The notes: generated by a model not told the origin, from the letters alone. A stretch of DNA of 52,863 nucleotides from Clostridiales bacterium (GCA_012523915.1 JAAYSU010000135.1:1-52863), one strand, 5' to 3'. Numbered from the stretch's first letter, positions 7,618-18,597 are shown. Made by a program: numbers and translations.

Positions 7618-9245
7618 TACTTTTTAAACCTCGCAAATATCCTAATTAGTTTTTCACCTTTAGGCAGTAGCTTTAATTCTTCGCTGGTGATTGCTCTTAT
7701 AGAAATTAACACGAAACCATAGACCAAAGCTCCTAGTACTATGGAGCCTGCTGTAGATATAGCATTCGCTAAGTTTGTGCTTTCTAATATAGTTCCCAAT
7801 ATTGCGTAAGAAAAACGATAAACGATATAAACGCAAGCAGACATTACTATAGCTGCCGTCAATGGTTTTGCAACAGTCAATTTCATATCAAATCTTGCAC
7901 CAGTATACTTGCGAACTGCTAGAAGGTTCAAAGAAGATGCTACAATGTATGCTGCAACTGTACCGACAGCAGCACCCCGGATGTTAATGCTTGGAATACC
8001 TGTCAGTACATAGGTAATCGCTATTTTAACGATTGCACCTATGAAGATATTTCGAACAGGAATTAACTGCTTTCCAATTCCCTGCAGTACACCGGTTAAG
8101 GTCTGGACAGTAGCCAAAAATATCACACCAAATGCTAGTATGAATAGGCTTGGTGCTGCGCTTATTGCACTTGCACGCTGTGCAGGATAAAGCAGCAGCA
8201 TTATAGGTTCTGCTAGAGTCATTAGTCCGAAGGCGCAGGGCAAACCCAAGATTAAGGCAGTACGCAAACCCAGTTCAACGTTATAGCGTAAAAACCCAAT
8301 CTCTTTCCTTTTGAAGGATGATGCTACAGCAGGAACTAAACTCATTGCGATTGCCTGCGTTAGAACCTGTGGAAAGTTAATAAGGGGGCCTGCCATTCCT
8401 GTCAACTGCCCATAGAGGCTGTTTGCAGCCTCATGGGTAAATCCGCTTGCGGATAGACGGTTTATGACTATAGCCACATCTATCGTATTCATTATGGGCA
8501 TTATTGCGGCGCCTATGGTAATAGGTATTGCGATTATAAGGATCTGGGCTAAAATCCTACCGCTTGATTCCTTCAACCCGCCAGAAGGTTGCCTTAAATC
8601 TTTTTTTATTGTTTTTTTATAGTAAAAATATATTAAAAGTATTGCAATTAGACCTGCAATGGCTCCTGCAGTAGCTCCAAAAGAGGCTCCTGCTGCAGCA
8701 TATTCAAGTCCCTTAGAGGTAAGCAGGATAGCTAGTATTAATCCTATAGCTACACGAAAGAATTGCTCGATTACCTGAGATATTGCTGTTGGCTTCATAT
8801 TTTGCAAGCCCTGAAAAAAACCTCTGGTGGCAGCCATTATAGGGACGAAGAACAGGGCCGGAGCAATTGCCATCATGGCGTATTTGGCACCTGGATTTCC
8901 CAGACGATTTACTATCATATCAGCTCCGAAGAAGAGTATACCGGAAGAGACTATTCCTATTGTAAATAATAAGCTAAATGATATCCGAAATACTCGATAT
9001 GCTTCATATGATTCCCCAATGGCGCTCCTTTCTGCCACCATTCTTGAGATAGCGACAGGAACACCTGCCGTTGAAAGGGTTAATAGCAGCACGTATACAG
9101 GATAGGCGGTTTGATAATAGCCCATTCCCGTATCCCCGATGATATTCGCCAAAGGAATCCGGAAAACCGCACCTAAAACTTTTATTATCAGACCAGCCAC
9201 ACCCAGTACGACAGCACCCTGTAAAAATGACTTCTTTGTCATCAT
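7617..9245 (-). CDS. MOP-superfamily polysaccharide/lipid II flippase (SpoVB/MurJ/YabM-like)
   Basis: 542 aa with about 14 TM segments. N-terminus KKSFLQGAVVLGVAGLIIKVLGAVFRIPLANIIGDTGMGYYQTAYPVY is typical of SpoVB/YabM. It occupies the yabM position next to mazG. Confidence 0.85.
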   Translation of the reverse strand: MMTKKSFLQGAVVLGVAGLIIKVLGAVFRIPLANIIGDTGMGYYQTAYPVYVLLLTLSTAGVPVAISRMVAERSAIGESYEAYRVFRISFSLLFTIGIVSSGILFFGADMIVNRLGNPGAKYAMMAIAPALFFVPIMAATRGFFQGLQNMKPTAISQVIEQFFRVAIGLILAILLTSKGLEYAAAGASFGATAGAIAGLIAILLIYFYYKKTIKKDLRQPSGGLKESSGRILAQILIIAIPITIGAAIMPIMNTIDVAIVINRLSASGFTHEAANSLYGQLTGMAGPLINFPQVLTQAIAMSLVPAVASSFKRKEIGFLRYNVELGLRTALILGLPCAFGLMTLAEPIMLLLYPAQRASAISAAPSLFILAFGVIFLATVQTLTGVLQGIGKQLIPVRNIFIGAIVKIAITYVLTGIPSINIRGAAVGTVAAYIVASSLNLLAVRKYTGARFDMKLTVAKPLTAAIVMSACVYIVYRFSYAILGTILESTNLANAISTAGSIVLGALVYGFVLISIRAITSEELKLLPKGEKLIRIFARFKK

Positions 9246-9263
9246 ATCTCCTTTAAATTTAGA

Positions 9264-10553
9264 TTAGTTTAAAGACGCAAGTATTCTATTTTTTGATTTT
9301 TCAACTTCATGTTTAACTTTTTCTATATCTAAAGTTAAGTATTCTCCCTCACGGTAAAGAACCTTGCCATCTACCATGGTTAATATGACATCGCTTCCTG
9401 AGGCGGAATATACCACGTTATTTACTAAGTTATGCACTGGATACATATGTGTATCCGAAATATCCAACACTACTAAATCTGCCTTATAGCCTTCAGCTAA
9501 TTTACCTGTATCGGTTCTTCCTTGACCTAATGCGCCTGCTCTTGTTCCTGCATATAGAGCCTGTTTTGGTGTTACCAAGGTTGGATCCTTATATTTCTCC
9601 TTGTGTAACAAGGAAAAGAATTTAATCTCCTCCAAGTAGTTTAAACTATTGTTGCTTGCCACACTGTCTGTTCCGATAGCTACATTTATACCTTTTTCCA
9701 ACATCCTGGGAACATTACATACGCCACTTGCAAGCTTCAGGTTACTTATAGGGCAGCTTGCCACCGTAACTCCCTTTTCAAAGATTATCTCTATATCATC
9801 TTCCTCGACCCAAACGCAGTGGGCCGCTGTAGTTTTGCTATCAAGAAGTCCTAGATCGTTGAAATACTCTATAGGTGTCTTTCCATGCCTTTCCTTACAT
9901 TCTTCATGCTCTTTTTCAGTCTCAGATACATGTACGTGCATGTTTGCACCAATCTCTTTTGTGAATTCAGCGAACTGGCGGACTATCTTAGGATTGGAAG
10001 TATACTCTGCATGAAGGCTCATGTCAACCTTAATCCTTCCATCGCCACTATTATTATATTTATCGAAAAGTTCCTTGGATTCCTTATATGCGATTAAATC
10101 CTTCAAATCTTGATCGGTAAAACAGGTTAAACCCCTTCCTAAATTGCTTTTTACCCCGCTTTCAAGAATAGCATCTGCCATTCTATCACAAAAATAATAC
10201 ATATCAGTTGTAGAAACTATACCAAATCTCAAGGATTCGGCTATACCTAGCAGGGTAGCATAATATACGTCATCGCCATTTAACTTATCTTCGAATGGAA
10301 AAATTCTATCATTTAGCCATGATTGAAGAGACATGTTTTCACCGTAGCCCCTCATAAGGGTCATAGGTGTATGAGCATGGGAGTTAAAAAAACCACTCAT
10401 CAGTAGTTTGCCTTCACCCTCATATATTTGACCATAGTCCTCCTTGGGCATTTCCGTACCAATATAGTCAATTTTATCTTGTTTTATACCAAGGTAGATT
10501 TTTTCCTTAACTTCTAAATTTTCATCCAATATATTTATATTCTTAAATAGCAT
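9264..10553 (-). CDS. mtaD: Amidohydrolase, 5-methylthioadenosine/S-adenosylhomocysteine deaminase-like
   Basis: Metal-ligand motifs FFNSHAHTPMTLMRG, MHVHVSETEKE, AAHCVW and IGTDSVASNNSLN. Start at MLFKNINIL has GGAGGA upstream; the ORF-track start is over-extended. Confidence 0.8.
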   Translation of the reverse strand: MLFKNINILDENLEVKEKIYLGIKQDKIDYIGTEMPKEDYGQIYEGEGKLLMSGFFNSHAHTPMTLMRGYGENMSLQSWLNDRIFPFEDKLNGDDVYYATLLGIAESLRFGIVSTTDMYYFCDRMADAILESGVKSNLGRGLTCFTDQDLKDLIAYKESKELFDKYNNSGDGRIKVDMSLHAEYTSNPKIVRQFAEFTKEIGANMHVHVSETEKEHEECKERHGKTPIEYFNDLGLLDSKTTAAHCVWVEEDDIEIIFEKGVTVASCPISNLKLASGVCNVPRMLEKGINVAIGTDSVASNNSLNYLEEIKFFSLLHKEKYKDPTLVTPKQALYAGTRAGALGQGRTDTGKLAEGYKADLVVLDISDTHMYPVHNLVNNVVYSASGSDVILTMVDGKVLYREGEYLTLDIEKVKHEVEKSKNRILASLN

Positions 10554-10605
10554 GACCTTGTCCTCCATTCGTACAATTAGGATAAAATTATAGCATATAA
10601 ACAAG

Positions 10606-10637
10606 AAAAAATCCACTTGCGCACTGCTTAAGTGGAT
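10606..10637 (-). terminator. Rho-independent terminator after spoVT
   Basis: Stem ATCCACTT / AAGTGGAT (10611-10618 / 10630-10637), followed by a T6 run on the minus strand. Confidence 0.7.
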
Positions 10638-10671
10638 CTCTCACATAATAAGTTTTGACTAAAAGCTATTA

Positions 10672-11223
10672 TTAATTCTCCATCTGTTTTGCAAGAAAAT
10701 CAGCTGCAATCTCAGCCGCTTTCATTTCAATTTCACCCAATGGATTTCCGCTTTCTCTTGAATAAAATATTACTGAACCAATCGGATCACCTTGAGTTAC
10801 TATCGGTACAACTATCTGAGACTTGTAATCCCTGTTTTCACTTTCCTCGTTGGTTATAGGATGAACATTATCTTCCCCTGTTAACAATACGCTCTTCTTA
10901 TTTTGGATTATACGCTCTATCTCGGGACTTATGCGTTTTTCTAAATACTCCTTTTTTGACGTTCCTGAAACAGCTACAATCTGGTCGGTATCTGTTATAA
11001 TAGCGGCATCTCCTAATACACTGTAGGCAGATTCAATAAACTCCCCTGCAAATTGATTTAATTCACTGATCGGCGAGTACTTCCTTAAAATCACACCACC
11101 TTCTCTATCGGTATAGATTTCAAGTGGATCACCTTCTCTGATTCTCATAGTACGCCTGATCTCTTTAGGGATTACAACTCTGCCAAGATCATCTATTCTC
11201 CTTACAATTCCAGTAGCTTTCAT
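10672..11223 (-). CDS. spoVT: Stage V sporulation protein T (AbrB-family regulator with GAF-like C-domain)
   Basis: MKATGIVRRIDDLGRVVIPKEIRRTMRIREGDPLEIY is the SpoVT/AbrB swapped-hairpin N-domain. Length of 183 aa and position downstream of mfd are typical. Confidence 0.95.
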   Translation of the reverse strand: MKATGIVRRIDDLGRVVIPKEIRRTMRIREGDPLEIYTDREGGVILRKYSPISELNQFAGEFIESAYSVLGDAAIITDTDQIVAVSGTSKKEYLEKRISPEIERIIQNKKSVLLTGEDNVHPITNEESENRDYKSQIVVPIVTQGDPIGSVIFYSRESGNPLGEIEMKAAEIAADFLAKQMEN

Positions 11224-11305
11224 TTAAATCCATCCTCTCTTAATCATATACATTTTAGCTGTTATTATTATTTTCCAAACATGGAGTAATATTCGTAGAT
11301 TTTGG

Positions 11306-11338
11306 AATAAAAAAAAGAGCCCGATTAAAGAGCTCTTT
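11306..11338 (-). terminator. Rho-independent terminator after the prsA-like gene
   Basis: Stem AAAGAGC / GCTCTTT (11314-11320 / 11332-11338), followed by a T8 run on the minus strand. Confidence 0.65.
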
Positions 11339-11356
11339 AAAAAAATTTTTCTTATA

Positions 11357-12280
11357 TTAACCTAAATATTCAACGCCAAATTCATTTCGGATCTCAGTAA
11401 TTTTTATATTATACAACTTGGAAATCTCATCATTTTCAAGTTTGTTTTTTATCAAATCCTTAACATCTTCAAAGGACTCTATGCCTTGATTTTTATCAGT
11501 TACCAGAATTATATGGTATCCGAATTGGGTCTCCACCACGTCACTCAACTCGCCCACTTCTAGAGCGAAAGCGGCTTCTTCAAACTCAGGAACCATCATA
11601 TTTCTTCCGAAAGTTCCCAGATCTCCACCATTTGATGCCGTTGCATCGGTTCCGTGTTCAGCTGCCAATTCACCGAAATCGGCACCGTCTTTTAGTTGAG
11701 CCAGAATATCCTCGGCTAACTCTTTATCTTCAACCAATATGTGTTTGGCAGTAACTTCATCTACTTCAAACAGCGATTGATTATTGTCATAAAAGGATTT
11801 TATATCCTCCTCAGCAATCTCAGCCATATCACCTTTCAGTTCGTCTATGAATACTGAACTAAAATATTGACCTAGAAAGAAATTATTTAGAAATTCATTG
11901 GATATTTTATTATCTTTCATGTATGCATTAGCTACTTGGTCCTTCCCAATCTGATCTATTACTTCATCTATATCTTCATTATAGCCTTCGGGTAGAACAC
12001 TTTCGTCTTTCCCATAATACAGCTCTATCGATTTAAGTGATATATAGTCTTCCAAAAGTGTAGCCTCTATGCCCTCAATACTTTCCTCCGGCAAGCTTTT
12101 CAAGTCGATCCCCTGGAAAAAACTGAATAACTGCACATACCGGTCTAATTGTCCTTGGGTAATTTCTTCCTCACCTACTTTGGCGATAACAAGATTTTCA
12201 TCTTTGCTGTCTCCGCAAGCAAACATTGTAAATACCATAGCTACTATTAACAAGCCCACCCATGTTTTCTTAAATTTCAT
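11357..12280 (-). CDS. Parvulin-type peptidyl-prolyl isomerase lipoprotein (PrsA-like)
   Basis: Signal peptide with lipobox TMFAC-G. Parvulin domain AKHILVEDKELAEDILAQLKDGADFGELAAEHGTD...GGDLGTFGRNMMVPEFEEAAF...TQFGYHII. Confidence 0.85.
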   Translation of the reverse strand: MKFKKTWVGLLIVAMVFTMFACGDSKDENLVIAKVGEEEITQGQLDRYVQLFSFFQGIDLKSLPEESIEGIEATLLEDYISLKSIELYYGKDESVLPEGYNEDIDEVIDQIGKDQVANAYMKDNKISNEFLNNFFLGQYFSSVFIDELKGDMAEIAEEDIKSFYDNNQSLFEVDEVTAKHILVEDKELAEDILAQLKDGADFGELAAEHGTDATASNGGDLGTFGRNMMVPEFEEAAFALEVGELSDVVETQFGYHIILVTDKNQGIESFEDVKDLIKNKLENDEISKLYNIKITEIRNEFGVEYLG

Positions 12281-12314
12281 CTATTATATTTCTCCTTCGT
12301 TCCTTAGTAATTAA

Positions 12315-15300
12315 CTATTCAACCATTATACTCTCCTGCACCATATTTGTCAAAAACGAAATGGTTTCAAAAAGTCGATTTTTCCCCATAAGACTTAGCT
12401 TAATAAAGGGCCTGATTCCACCATGGACCAAAATATTATTTCCATACTTTTCTACAATTTTTGATATCATATCCGCCTTCAATCCGTTATCCTCGTTGAA
12501 GCTGAATACCAGCTTTTGTTGCTCCTGATGTATCCTCAAAATGCCGACTTTACTAGCTAGAGCCTTTATTAAAGCAATATCAATCAAGTTCAATGTCTCC
12601 TTCGGTATATCTCCGAACCTATCCAGAAGCTCATCTATAACCTCACTCTTATCGCTTTCATCTTTTATTGATGCAATTTTTTTATACATTTCAAGCTTGA
12701 TTAGTTCGTCTTCAATATAGCTTGAAGAAATATATGCTTCAACTTGAATCTCTACCGAAGTCTCCTCATCAGCTAACCTATCTGTCTTTTTACCTGTGAG
12801 TTCTCTTACTGCATCATCAACAAGTTTGCAATAAAGTTCATAACCGATCATCATCATATGACCATGCTGTTCGGTACCCAAAATGTTTCCTGCCCCCCTT
12901 ATTTCCAAGTCCCTCATCGCTATATGGAAGCCTGCACCGAATTCGGTGAACTCACGTATGGCACGCAGCCTTTTTTCAGCCACCTCAGTCAATACTTTGT
13001 CTTTCTGATACATCAGGTAGGCATAGGCCATTCTATTGCTTCTTCCAACCCTTCCCCTCAACTGATAAAGCTGTGCAAGCCCGTATCGATCTGCATCTAA
13101 GATTATCAGTGTATTGGCATTTGGGATATCTAAACCAGATTCAATAATAGTTGTAGCTACTAAAATATCAATATTATCATTTACAAATTCAATCATTATA
13201 TCCTCTAGTTGCCTTTCGTTCATCTGCCCATGGGCAACCGAAACTCGTGCTTCTGGAACTAAATCCCTTATATGGGAAGCAATCTTTTGAATTCCCCTGA
13301 CCCGATTGAAAACGACATATACTTGTCCCCCTCTGTCCAATTCCCTTTCTATCGCTTCCTTTAAAACATTATCATCCTGTTCCATTACATAGGTCTGAAC
13401 AGGATAGCGTTCTTCGGGAGGCTCTTCTATCAAGCTCATATCCCTTATTCCTACCAGGGACATGTGCAAGGTCCTCGGGATAGGTGTTGCAGATAGGGTT
13501 AATACATCAACGTTTTTTCTAAGCTTTTTAATCTTTTCCTTATGCTGAACTCCAAAATGTTGTTCTTCATCTATTACTAATAATCCCAGGTCATGAAAAC
13601 TTACATCATCTGAAAGCAACCTATGGGTACCTATCACTATGTCAAGTTCTCCTTTTTTAAGCTTATTTATTATACCTTTCTGTTGCTTATCTGTTCGAAA
13701 CCGACTTAACATCTCTACACTAATCGGAAAATCTGCAAACCGCTCTTTGAAAGTATGGTAGTGCTGATTTGCCAAAAGGGTAGTGGGAACAAGCACAGCA
13801 GCCTGCTTGCTGTCCGTAACACATTTAAAAATTGCTCTCGCCGCAACTTCTGTCTTCCCATATCCCACATCCCCGCAAAGCAGACGATCCATAGGTACAG
13901 GTTTTTCCATATCCTTTTTTATCTCTTCAACACAGCGGAGCTGATCAGCGGTTTCCTCATATGGAAACAGGTCTTCAAACTCACGCTGCCAAATGCTATC
14001 CTTTGAAAAGCTATGGCCTCTTTCTGCCTGTCTTGCAGCTGAAAGCTCTATCAAATCCTTTGCCATGTCCTTTATTGCAGATTTTGCTCTCGCCTTTGTT
14101 TTTTTCCAATCACCGCCAGAAAGCTTATTTACTTTCGGCACACTGCCTTCAACACCCACATATTTTTGAATGAGATCCATCTGTTCAACTGGTACATAAA
14201 GAAGATCTTCACCGGCATATTTAATCTTTAGATAGTCCTTTCTTATCCCTTGGATTTCCATCTGTATTACGCCAATAAATTTTCCGACCCCATGATTTTC
14301 ATGAACTACGTAATCTCCGCTACGAATATCGGTAAAGGATTTAATTATATGTCTTTTGTCTTTCTTTTTCTTAGTTTTTCTCTTGGCTTTTACGAATATA
14401 TCGTTATCGCTAAAAATGACGAGCTTTTCTTCCGGAAACTCCATTCCTGAAGATAGGGCACCATGTTTTACTGAAACTTTTTCTTGGAGTCTGCACTTTC
14501 TTACGAAGTGCTGCATATTTTCTACTCTATCCTTTGTAGAGCAGCTTATTGTAATATTATAGCCCTGATTAGCGTACCTTGATAGCTCCGCCTCAAGGAA
14601 ATCCATCCTGCCGCTAAATACTGTAGCCTGTTTTGAGACAATATTAATAATTGCATCTAGTCGATCTACACCTTTAATTTGCTTTTGGAAGGGAGTAAAT
14701 AAAAGGATCGGACCCCTTTCGTATATCTTGAAAAAATCATCCTGGCCTGAAAAGGCTCCAAAATCATCAGGTGCAGCTTCTCCGCGCTCTAAGAATACCT
14801 TGAAGTCCTCCCTATACTCAGTCTCTGAAAGTTCAAGGGTATCCATTACTCGTTCTGGATCATCAACTATTATCAAACCATCATCCTTCATATAGTCCCA
14901 GACCCTTTCTGGTCTTTCGTAGAAATAGTGGATATAGTTTTCTAATAGCTGAATATTTGTCCTGGTTTCAATGTACTCTAAAACGCGACCCATACGGTCT
15001 TTTAGCCTTTCCTTTTTTTCTATGGGAAGTTTCTTCATGAATTTTTCATAGTGAGATTTTATACGAGTAGCTGCCTGTTCAAATAAATGCTCTGATTGAA
15101 CTATAAGCTCTGCAGGAAATATCTCTATAGTATTCAAACTGCTTATTGATCTCTGCGTAACAGGATCAAAAAAGCGTATGGAATCCACTTCAATATCAAA
15201 AAATTCGACACGGCAAGGATAGTCTTTATCTGGAGGAAATACATCTAAAATTCCTCCCCTTATGCTATATTGGCCTTTTGCTTCTACAGAGCCAACCCTC

Positions 15301-15773
15301 TCATAGCCCATATAGGTTAATTGCCTTTTTAGCTGTTCCATATCCTTTGAATCTTCTAAAGAAAGGGTTATACTATGTTCTATAAAAAGGCTTTTGGGTG
15401 CAAGCTTTTTCACAGCACCCAAGGCGGAAGTAACTACAATACACTCCTCTCCCTTTACCAATGGAATCAGTGCAGAAAGGCGATCTAACAATAGATCGTG
15501 GCTTTTAGCATCATAAGTGATTCTAAATTGCTCTTCTTCAGGGAGAAGTATAACTCTTTTACCAACAAAAAAAGGCAAGTCTTCTGCAAGCCTTTTTGCC
15601 CGGGCATAGGAAGATGCAATAAGCAAAACTTGTCCGCCTCTTGCCTCGGCAACGACACCAGCAATTTTTGCTGATCTGCTATCCGAAATGCCTGATATAT
15701 TTACTATTCCAGTTGCACTTTTCGCTATATGTTCTATTCGGTGGAAACCTTCCCTGCCTCCCTTTTCAATCAT
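12315..15773 (-). CDS. mfd: Transcription-repair coupling factor
   Basis: About 1150 aa. Contains the CarD-like region (GDYVVHENHGVGKF), superfamily-2 helicase motifs (GDVGYGKTEVA, DEEQHFGV, LSATPIPRT, QLRGRVGRS) and a TRCF C-domain. The start is taken at MIEKGG, overlapping the pth stop by 8 nt, and is uncertain. Confidence 0.95.
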   Translation of the reverse strand: MIEKGGREGFHRIEHIAKSATGIVNISGISDSRSAKIAGVVAEARGGQVLLIASSYARAKRLAEDLPFFVGKRVILLPEEEQFRITYDAKSHDLLLDRLSALIPLVKGEECIVVTSALGAVKKLAPKSLFIEHSITLSLEDSKDMEQLKRQLTYMGYERVGSVEAKGQYSIRGGILDVFPPDKDYPCRVEFFDIEVDSIRFFDPVTQRSISSLNTIEIFPAELIVQSEHLFEQAATRIKSHYEKFMKKLPIEKKERLKDRMGRVLEYIETRTNIQLLENYIHYFYERPERVWDYMKDDGLIIVDDPERVMDTLELSETEYREDFKVFLERGEAAPDDFGAFSGQDDFFKIYERGPILLFTPFQKQIKGVDRLDAIINIVSKQATVFSGRMDFLEAELSRYANQGYNITISCSTKDRVENMQHFVRKCRLQEKVSVKHGALSSGMEFPEEKLVIFSDNDIFVKAKRKTKKKKDKRHIIKSFTDIRSGDYVVHENHGVGKFIGVIQMEIQGIRKDYLKIKYAGEDLLYVPVEQMDLIQKYVGVEGSVPKVNKLSGGDWKKTKARAKSAIKDMAKDLIELSAARQAERGHSFSKDSIWQREFEDLFPYEETADQLRCVEEIKKDMEKPVPMDRLLCGDVGYGKTEVAARAIFKCVTDSKQAAVLVPTTLLANQHYHTFKERFADFPISVEMLSRFRTDKQQKGIINKLKKGELDIVIGTHRLLSDDVSFHDLGLLVIDEEQHFGVQHKEKIKKLRKNVDVLTLSATPIPRTLHMSLVGIRDMSLIEEPPEERYPVQTYVMEQDDNVLKEAIERELDRGGQVYVVFNRVRGIQKIASHIRDLVPEARVSVAHGQMNERQLEDIMIEFVNDNIDILVATTIIESGLDIPNANTLIILDADRYGLAQLYQLRGRVGRSNRMAYAYLMYQKDKVLTEVAEKRLRAIREFTEFGAGFHIAMRDLEIRGAGNILGTEQHGHMMMIGYELYCKLVDDAVRELTGKKTDRLADEETSVEIQVEAYISSSYIEDELIKLEMYKKIASIKDESDKSEVIDELLDRFGDIPKETLNLIDIALIKALASKVGILRIHQEQQKLVFSFNEDNGLKADMISKIVEKYGNNILVHGGIRPFIKLSLMGKNRLFETISFLTNMVQESIMVE

Positions 15774-16380
15774 CTTTGTTACAATCCCTTTGCTCCAAAT
15801 CTTTTTCCATGTCCTTACTTGTAGCATTATATTCGTTCATTGCACTATCTATACCCTTTTCAAGTATGCATTCTAGTGCTTCTACAGCTCGCGTAATGCT
15901 CTCTTCTATGGTTTTTTTATCTTCTTTTTTAAAACCACCTATAACATAATCAGTAAGTCGCATAGGCCCTTTATTTCCACCTATGCCAATTCGCAAGCGG
16001 GGAAAATTATCATCTTGTATATCATATATTATTGAACGCATGCCATTGTGGGTTCCTGCGCTGCCCCTCTTCCTTATCCGGATCCGTCCGATAGGTAGGT
16101 CCACATCATCGTAGACTACTATTAACTTCTGTAAATCTATTTTATAGTAGGATAAAACTTCTCTAACACTGTTTCCAGATAGATTCATATATGTTTGTGG
16201 TTTTACTAGCAAGACTTTTTGGCCGGAGATAATACCTTCCCCGACCAAAGCTTTGTGTTTTATTTTATTAATTTTTATAGCGTGCTTTTCTGCCAGGAGA
16301 TCCAAGGTGATGAAACCAACATTGTGTTTGGTGTTTTCATACCTTTTTCCCGGATTACCCAGTCCTACAATAATATACAT
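15766..16380 (-). CDS. pth: Peptidyl-tRNA hydrolase
   Basis: MYIIVGLGNPGKRYENTKHNVGF...GTHNGMRSI are canonical Pth motifs. It has an acidic C-terminal extension of about 15 aa. Confidence 0.95.
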   Translation of the reverse strand: MYIIVGLGNPGKRYENTKHNVGFITLDLLAEKHAIKINKIKHKALVGEGIISGQKVLLVKPQTYMNLSGNSVREVLSYYKIDLQKLIVVYDDVDLPIGRIRIRKRGSAGTHNGMRSIIYDIQDDNFPRLRIGIGGNKGPMRLTDYVIGGFKKEDKKTIEESITRAVEALECILEKGIDSAMNEYNATSKDMEKDLEQRDCNKDD

Positions 16381-16385
16381 AGTCC

Positions 16386-17336
16386 TTAATCGAATAACCT
16401 GCTTATTGAATCATTTGTAAATATTCTTATCATAGCCTCAGCAAACAGTGGGGCTACTGATAATATCGTAATATTGTCTAATCTCTTTTCCTCTGGTACA
16501 GGAATTGTATTCAAAACTACCATTTCCTTAATAGCTGATTCTTTTATACGCTGTATAGCCGGACCCGATAAGACGGGATGGGTTGCACAGGCGTATACAT
16601 CCTTTGCCCCTAATTCTTTTAAAGCGTTAGCTGCATTGCAAATAGTGCCTGCAGTATCTACCATGTCATCAATTAGAATTGCATTCTTTCCTTCGATATC
16701 TCCAATAATATTCATAATTTCGGATACATTAGCCTTGGGTCTCCTCTTGTCAACAATTGCAATCGGAGCATCCAACGGGTGAGCCATATTTCTCGCCCTT
16801 ACTACACTGCCGTGATCAGGAGATACTATTACAAGATCATCAAGCCGCTTCTCTTTGAAATATTTTACTAATATGGGGATGCCTAATAAGTGGTCCACAG
16901 GTATATTAAAATATCCTTGTATCTGATATGCGTGAAGGTCCATAGTAACTACCCTATCCGCACCGGCAGCGCTGATAATATCGGCTACTAATTTAGCTGT
17001 TATTGGATCTCTGGCCTTAGCCTTCCTGTCCTGCCTTCCATAGCCATAATAGGGTATTACAGCATTAATCCTGCCAGCAGATGCTCGCTTCATAGCATCT
17101 ATCATTATCAACAGTTCCATCAGATTGTCATTTACGGGATCACAGGTTGATTGAACTATATAAGTATCGATACCCCTAACCGTTTCCCACAGGTTGACGG
17201 AAATTTCACCGTCACTGAATTTGCTGACTGTTGACCTACCAAGAGGTTTACCCATAATAGAGGCTATTTCCTCAGCCAGTTCCATATGGGAATTACCTGC
17301 GAATATCTTAAAATCAGCTAACGCACCGTTTTTCAT
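16386..17336 (-). CDS. prs: Ribose-phosphate pyrophosphokinase
   Basis: [17 protein letters not shown]..., [10 protein letters not shown], and the PRPP loop [12 protein letters not shown]. Confidence 0.95.
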   Translation of the reverse strand: MKNGALADFKIFAGNSHMELAEEIASIMGKPLGRSTVSKFSDGEISVNLWETVRGIDTYIVQSTCDPVNDNLMELLIMIDAMKRASAGRINAVIPYYGYGRQDRKAKARDPITAKLVADIISAAGADRVVTMDLHAYQIQGYFNIPVDHLLGIPILVKYFKEKRLDDLVIVSPDHGSVVRARNMAHPLDAPIAIVDKRRPKANVSEIMNIIGDIEGKNAILIDDMVDTAGTICNAANALKELGAKDVYACATHPVLSGPAIQRIKESAIKEMVVLNTIPVPEEKRLDNITILSVAPLFAEAMIRIFTNDSISRLFD

Positions 17337-17361
17337 AATCTTTCTACTGCCTCCATTCCTA

Positions 17362-18087
17362 CTACTTTCTCTTTTTTATTATACCCCGTCTTTCGACCCA
17401 TCCTTCTATGAATATTTCCTTCTCTCTACCTATGCACAGTGATCCTTCAGGAACATCTCTCGTAACAGTAGTCCCAGCAGCCACATATGCTCCCTTGCTA
17501 ACCTTAACCGGCGATATAATATTTGTATTGCAACCTATAAAAGCACCATCCTCAACTGTTGAGCGGTGCTTATTTATACCATCATAATTAACGAATATAA
17601 CACCACAGCCTAGATTCACGCCCTCTCCTATATCCGAATCTCCTATGTATGTGAGATGAGATGCCTTTGAGCCATTCCCTATTGTCGAATTCTTCACTTC
17701 GACAAAATCTCCCACCTTGACATCTTCACCAATTTTACTATTAGGTCTTAAATAAGCAAAGGGACCAATTTTACTCCTACTCCCTACTTCACTATCTATT
17801 ATGACAGAAAGCTGTATGCTGACATCATCTGCAATTTTGCTATTCTCAATCCTAGTATTCTGATCGATAGTGCAGTTTTTCCCAATTACTGTGTTGCCTT
17901 TTATTACAACACCAGGACCTATAAAAGTACCTTCCCCAATTACAACTGAATCATCTATATATGCGTTCTTCCAATCTAAAAATTTTACCCCTGACTCAAT
18001 ATGCTTTAAATTAATTTTAAGCCTATTTTGTTCCTTCTTGCTCTCTTCTAGTAATATTTTTTCAATGGTTTCATTTTTAAGATCCAT
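17362..18087 (-). CDS. glmU: GlmU C-terminal half only: left-handed beta-helix GlcN-1-P acetyltransferase domain, uridyltransferase domain absent
   Basis: The 241 aa align by eye with B. subtilis GlmU/GcaD from about residue 225 to the end ([47 protein letters not shown]...[29 protein letters not shown]). Only 150 nt, which include the spoVG terminator, separate it from spoVG. Confidence 0.8.
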   Translation of the reverse strand: MDLKNETIEKILLEESKKEQNRLKINLKHIESGVKFLDWKNAYIDDSVVIGEGTFIGPGVVIKGNTVIGKNCTIDQNTRIENSKIADDVSIQLSVIIDSEVGSRSKIGPFAYLRPNSKIGEDVKVGDFVEVKNSTIGNGSKASHLTYIGDSDIGEGVNLGCGVIFVNYDGINKHRSTVEDGAFIGCNTNIISPVKVSKGAYVAAGTTVTRDVPEGSLCIGREKEIFIEGWVERRGIIKKRK

Positions 18088-18170
18088 CTTAAATATTCCC
18101 CTTTTAAGTTTACTTCATGTTAAGTATATCACCTATGACTATCATCGGCAAGAATTCATATTTCTATCAC

Positions 18171-18204
18171 AAAAAAGACACCTAGATTCCTCGTCGGTGT
18201 CTCT
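18171..18204 (-). terminator. Rho-independent terminator after spoVG
   Basis: Stem AGACACC / GGTGTCT (18176-18182 / 18196-18202), followed by a T run on the minus strand. Confidence 0.7.
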
Positions 18205-18237
18205 TATTACATCACTAATTGTATAAATAATAAATAA

Positions 18238-18597
18238 TTACCCTTCTGCTACCTTTTCCTCATCTATATATCCCTCGGGAACCTCCTCAGAAACCTCCTC
18301 TGAAGCCTCAACCACCTCTTGAGCTTGTTCCTTATTCCTTTCTTCTAGAACTCGTTCATACTCCTCAAAGATAGCTGACTTGATTCGATTTCTGGTTTCC
18401 GAAGTTAATGGATGAGCGATATCTCTAAAATCCCCTTCTCCCATTTTTCGGCTTGGCATTGCAATAAACAAGCCATTCTGTCCTTCAATTACCTTAATGT
18501 CATGAACCACGAATTCATCATCGAAGGTTACTGAAACCACTGCCCTCATTTTGCCTTCGTCATTCACCTTACGAATTCTCACATCAGTGATTCGCAT
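18238..18597 (-). CDS. spoVG: Septation protein SpoVG with long acidic C-terminal tail
   Basis: [51 protein letters not shown] is canonical SpoVG. About 30 extra Glu-rich residues follow at the C-terminus. Confidence 0.95.
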   Translation of the reverse strand: MRITDVRIRKVNDEGKMRAVVSVTFDDEFVVHDIKVIEGQNGLFIAMPSRKMGEGDFRDIAHPLTSETRNRIKSAIFEEYERVLEERNKEQAQEVVEASEEVSEEVPEGYIDEEKVAEG

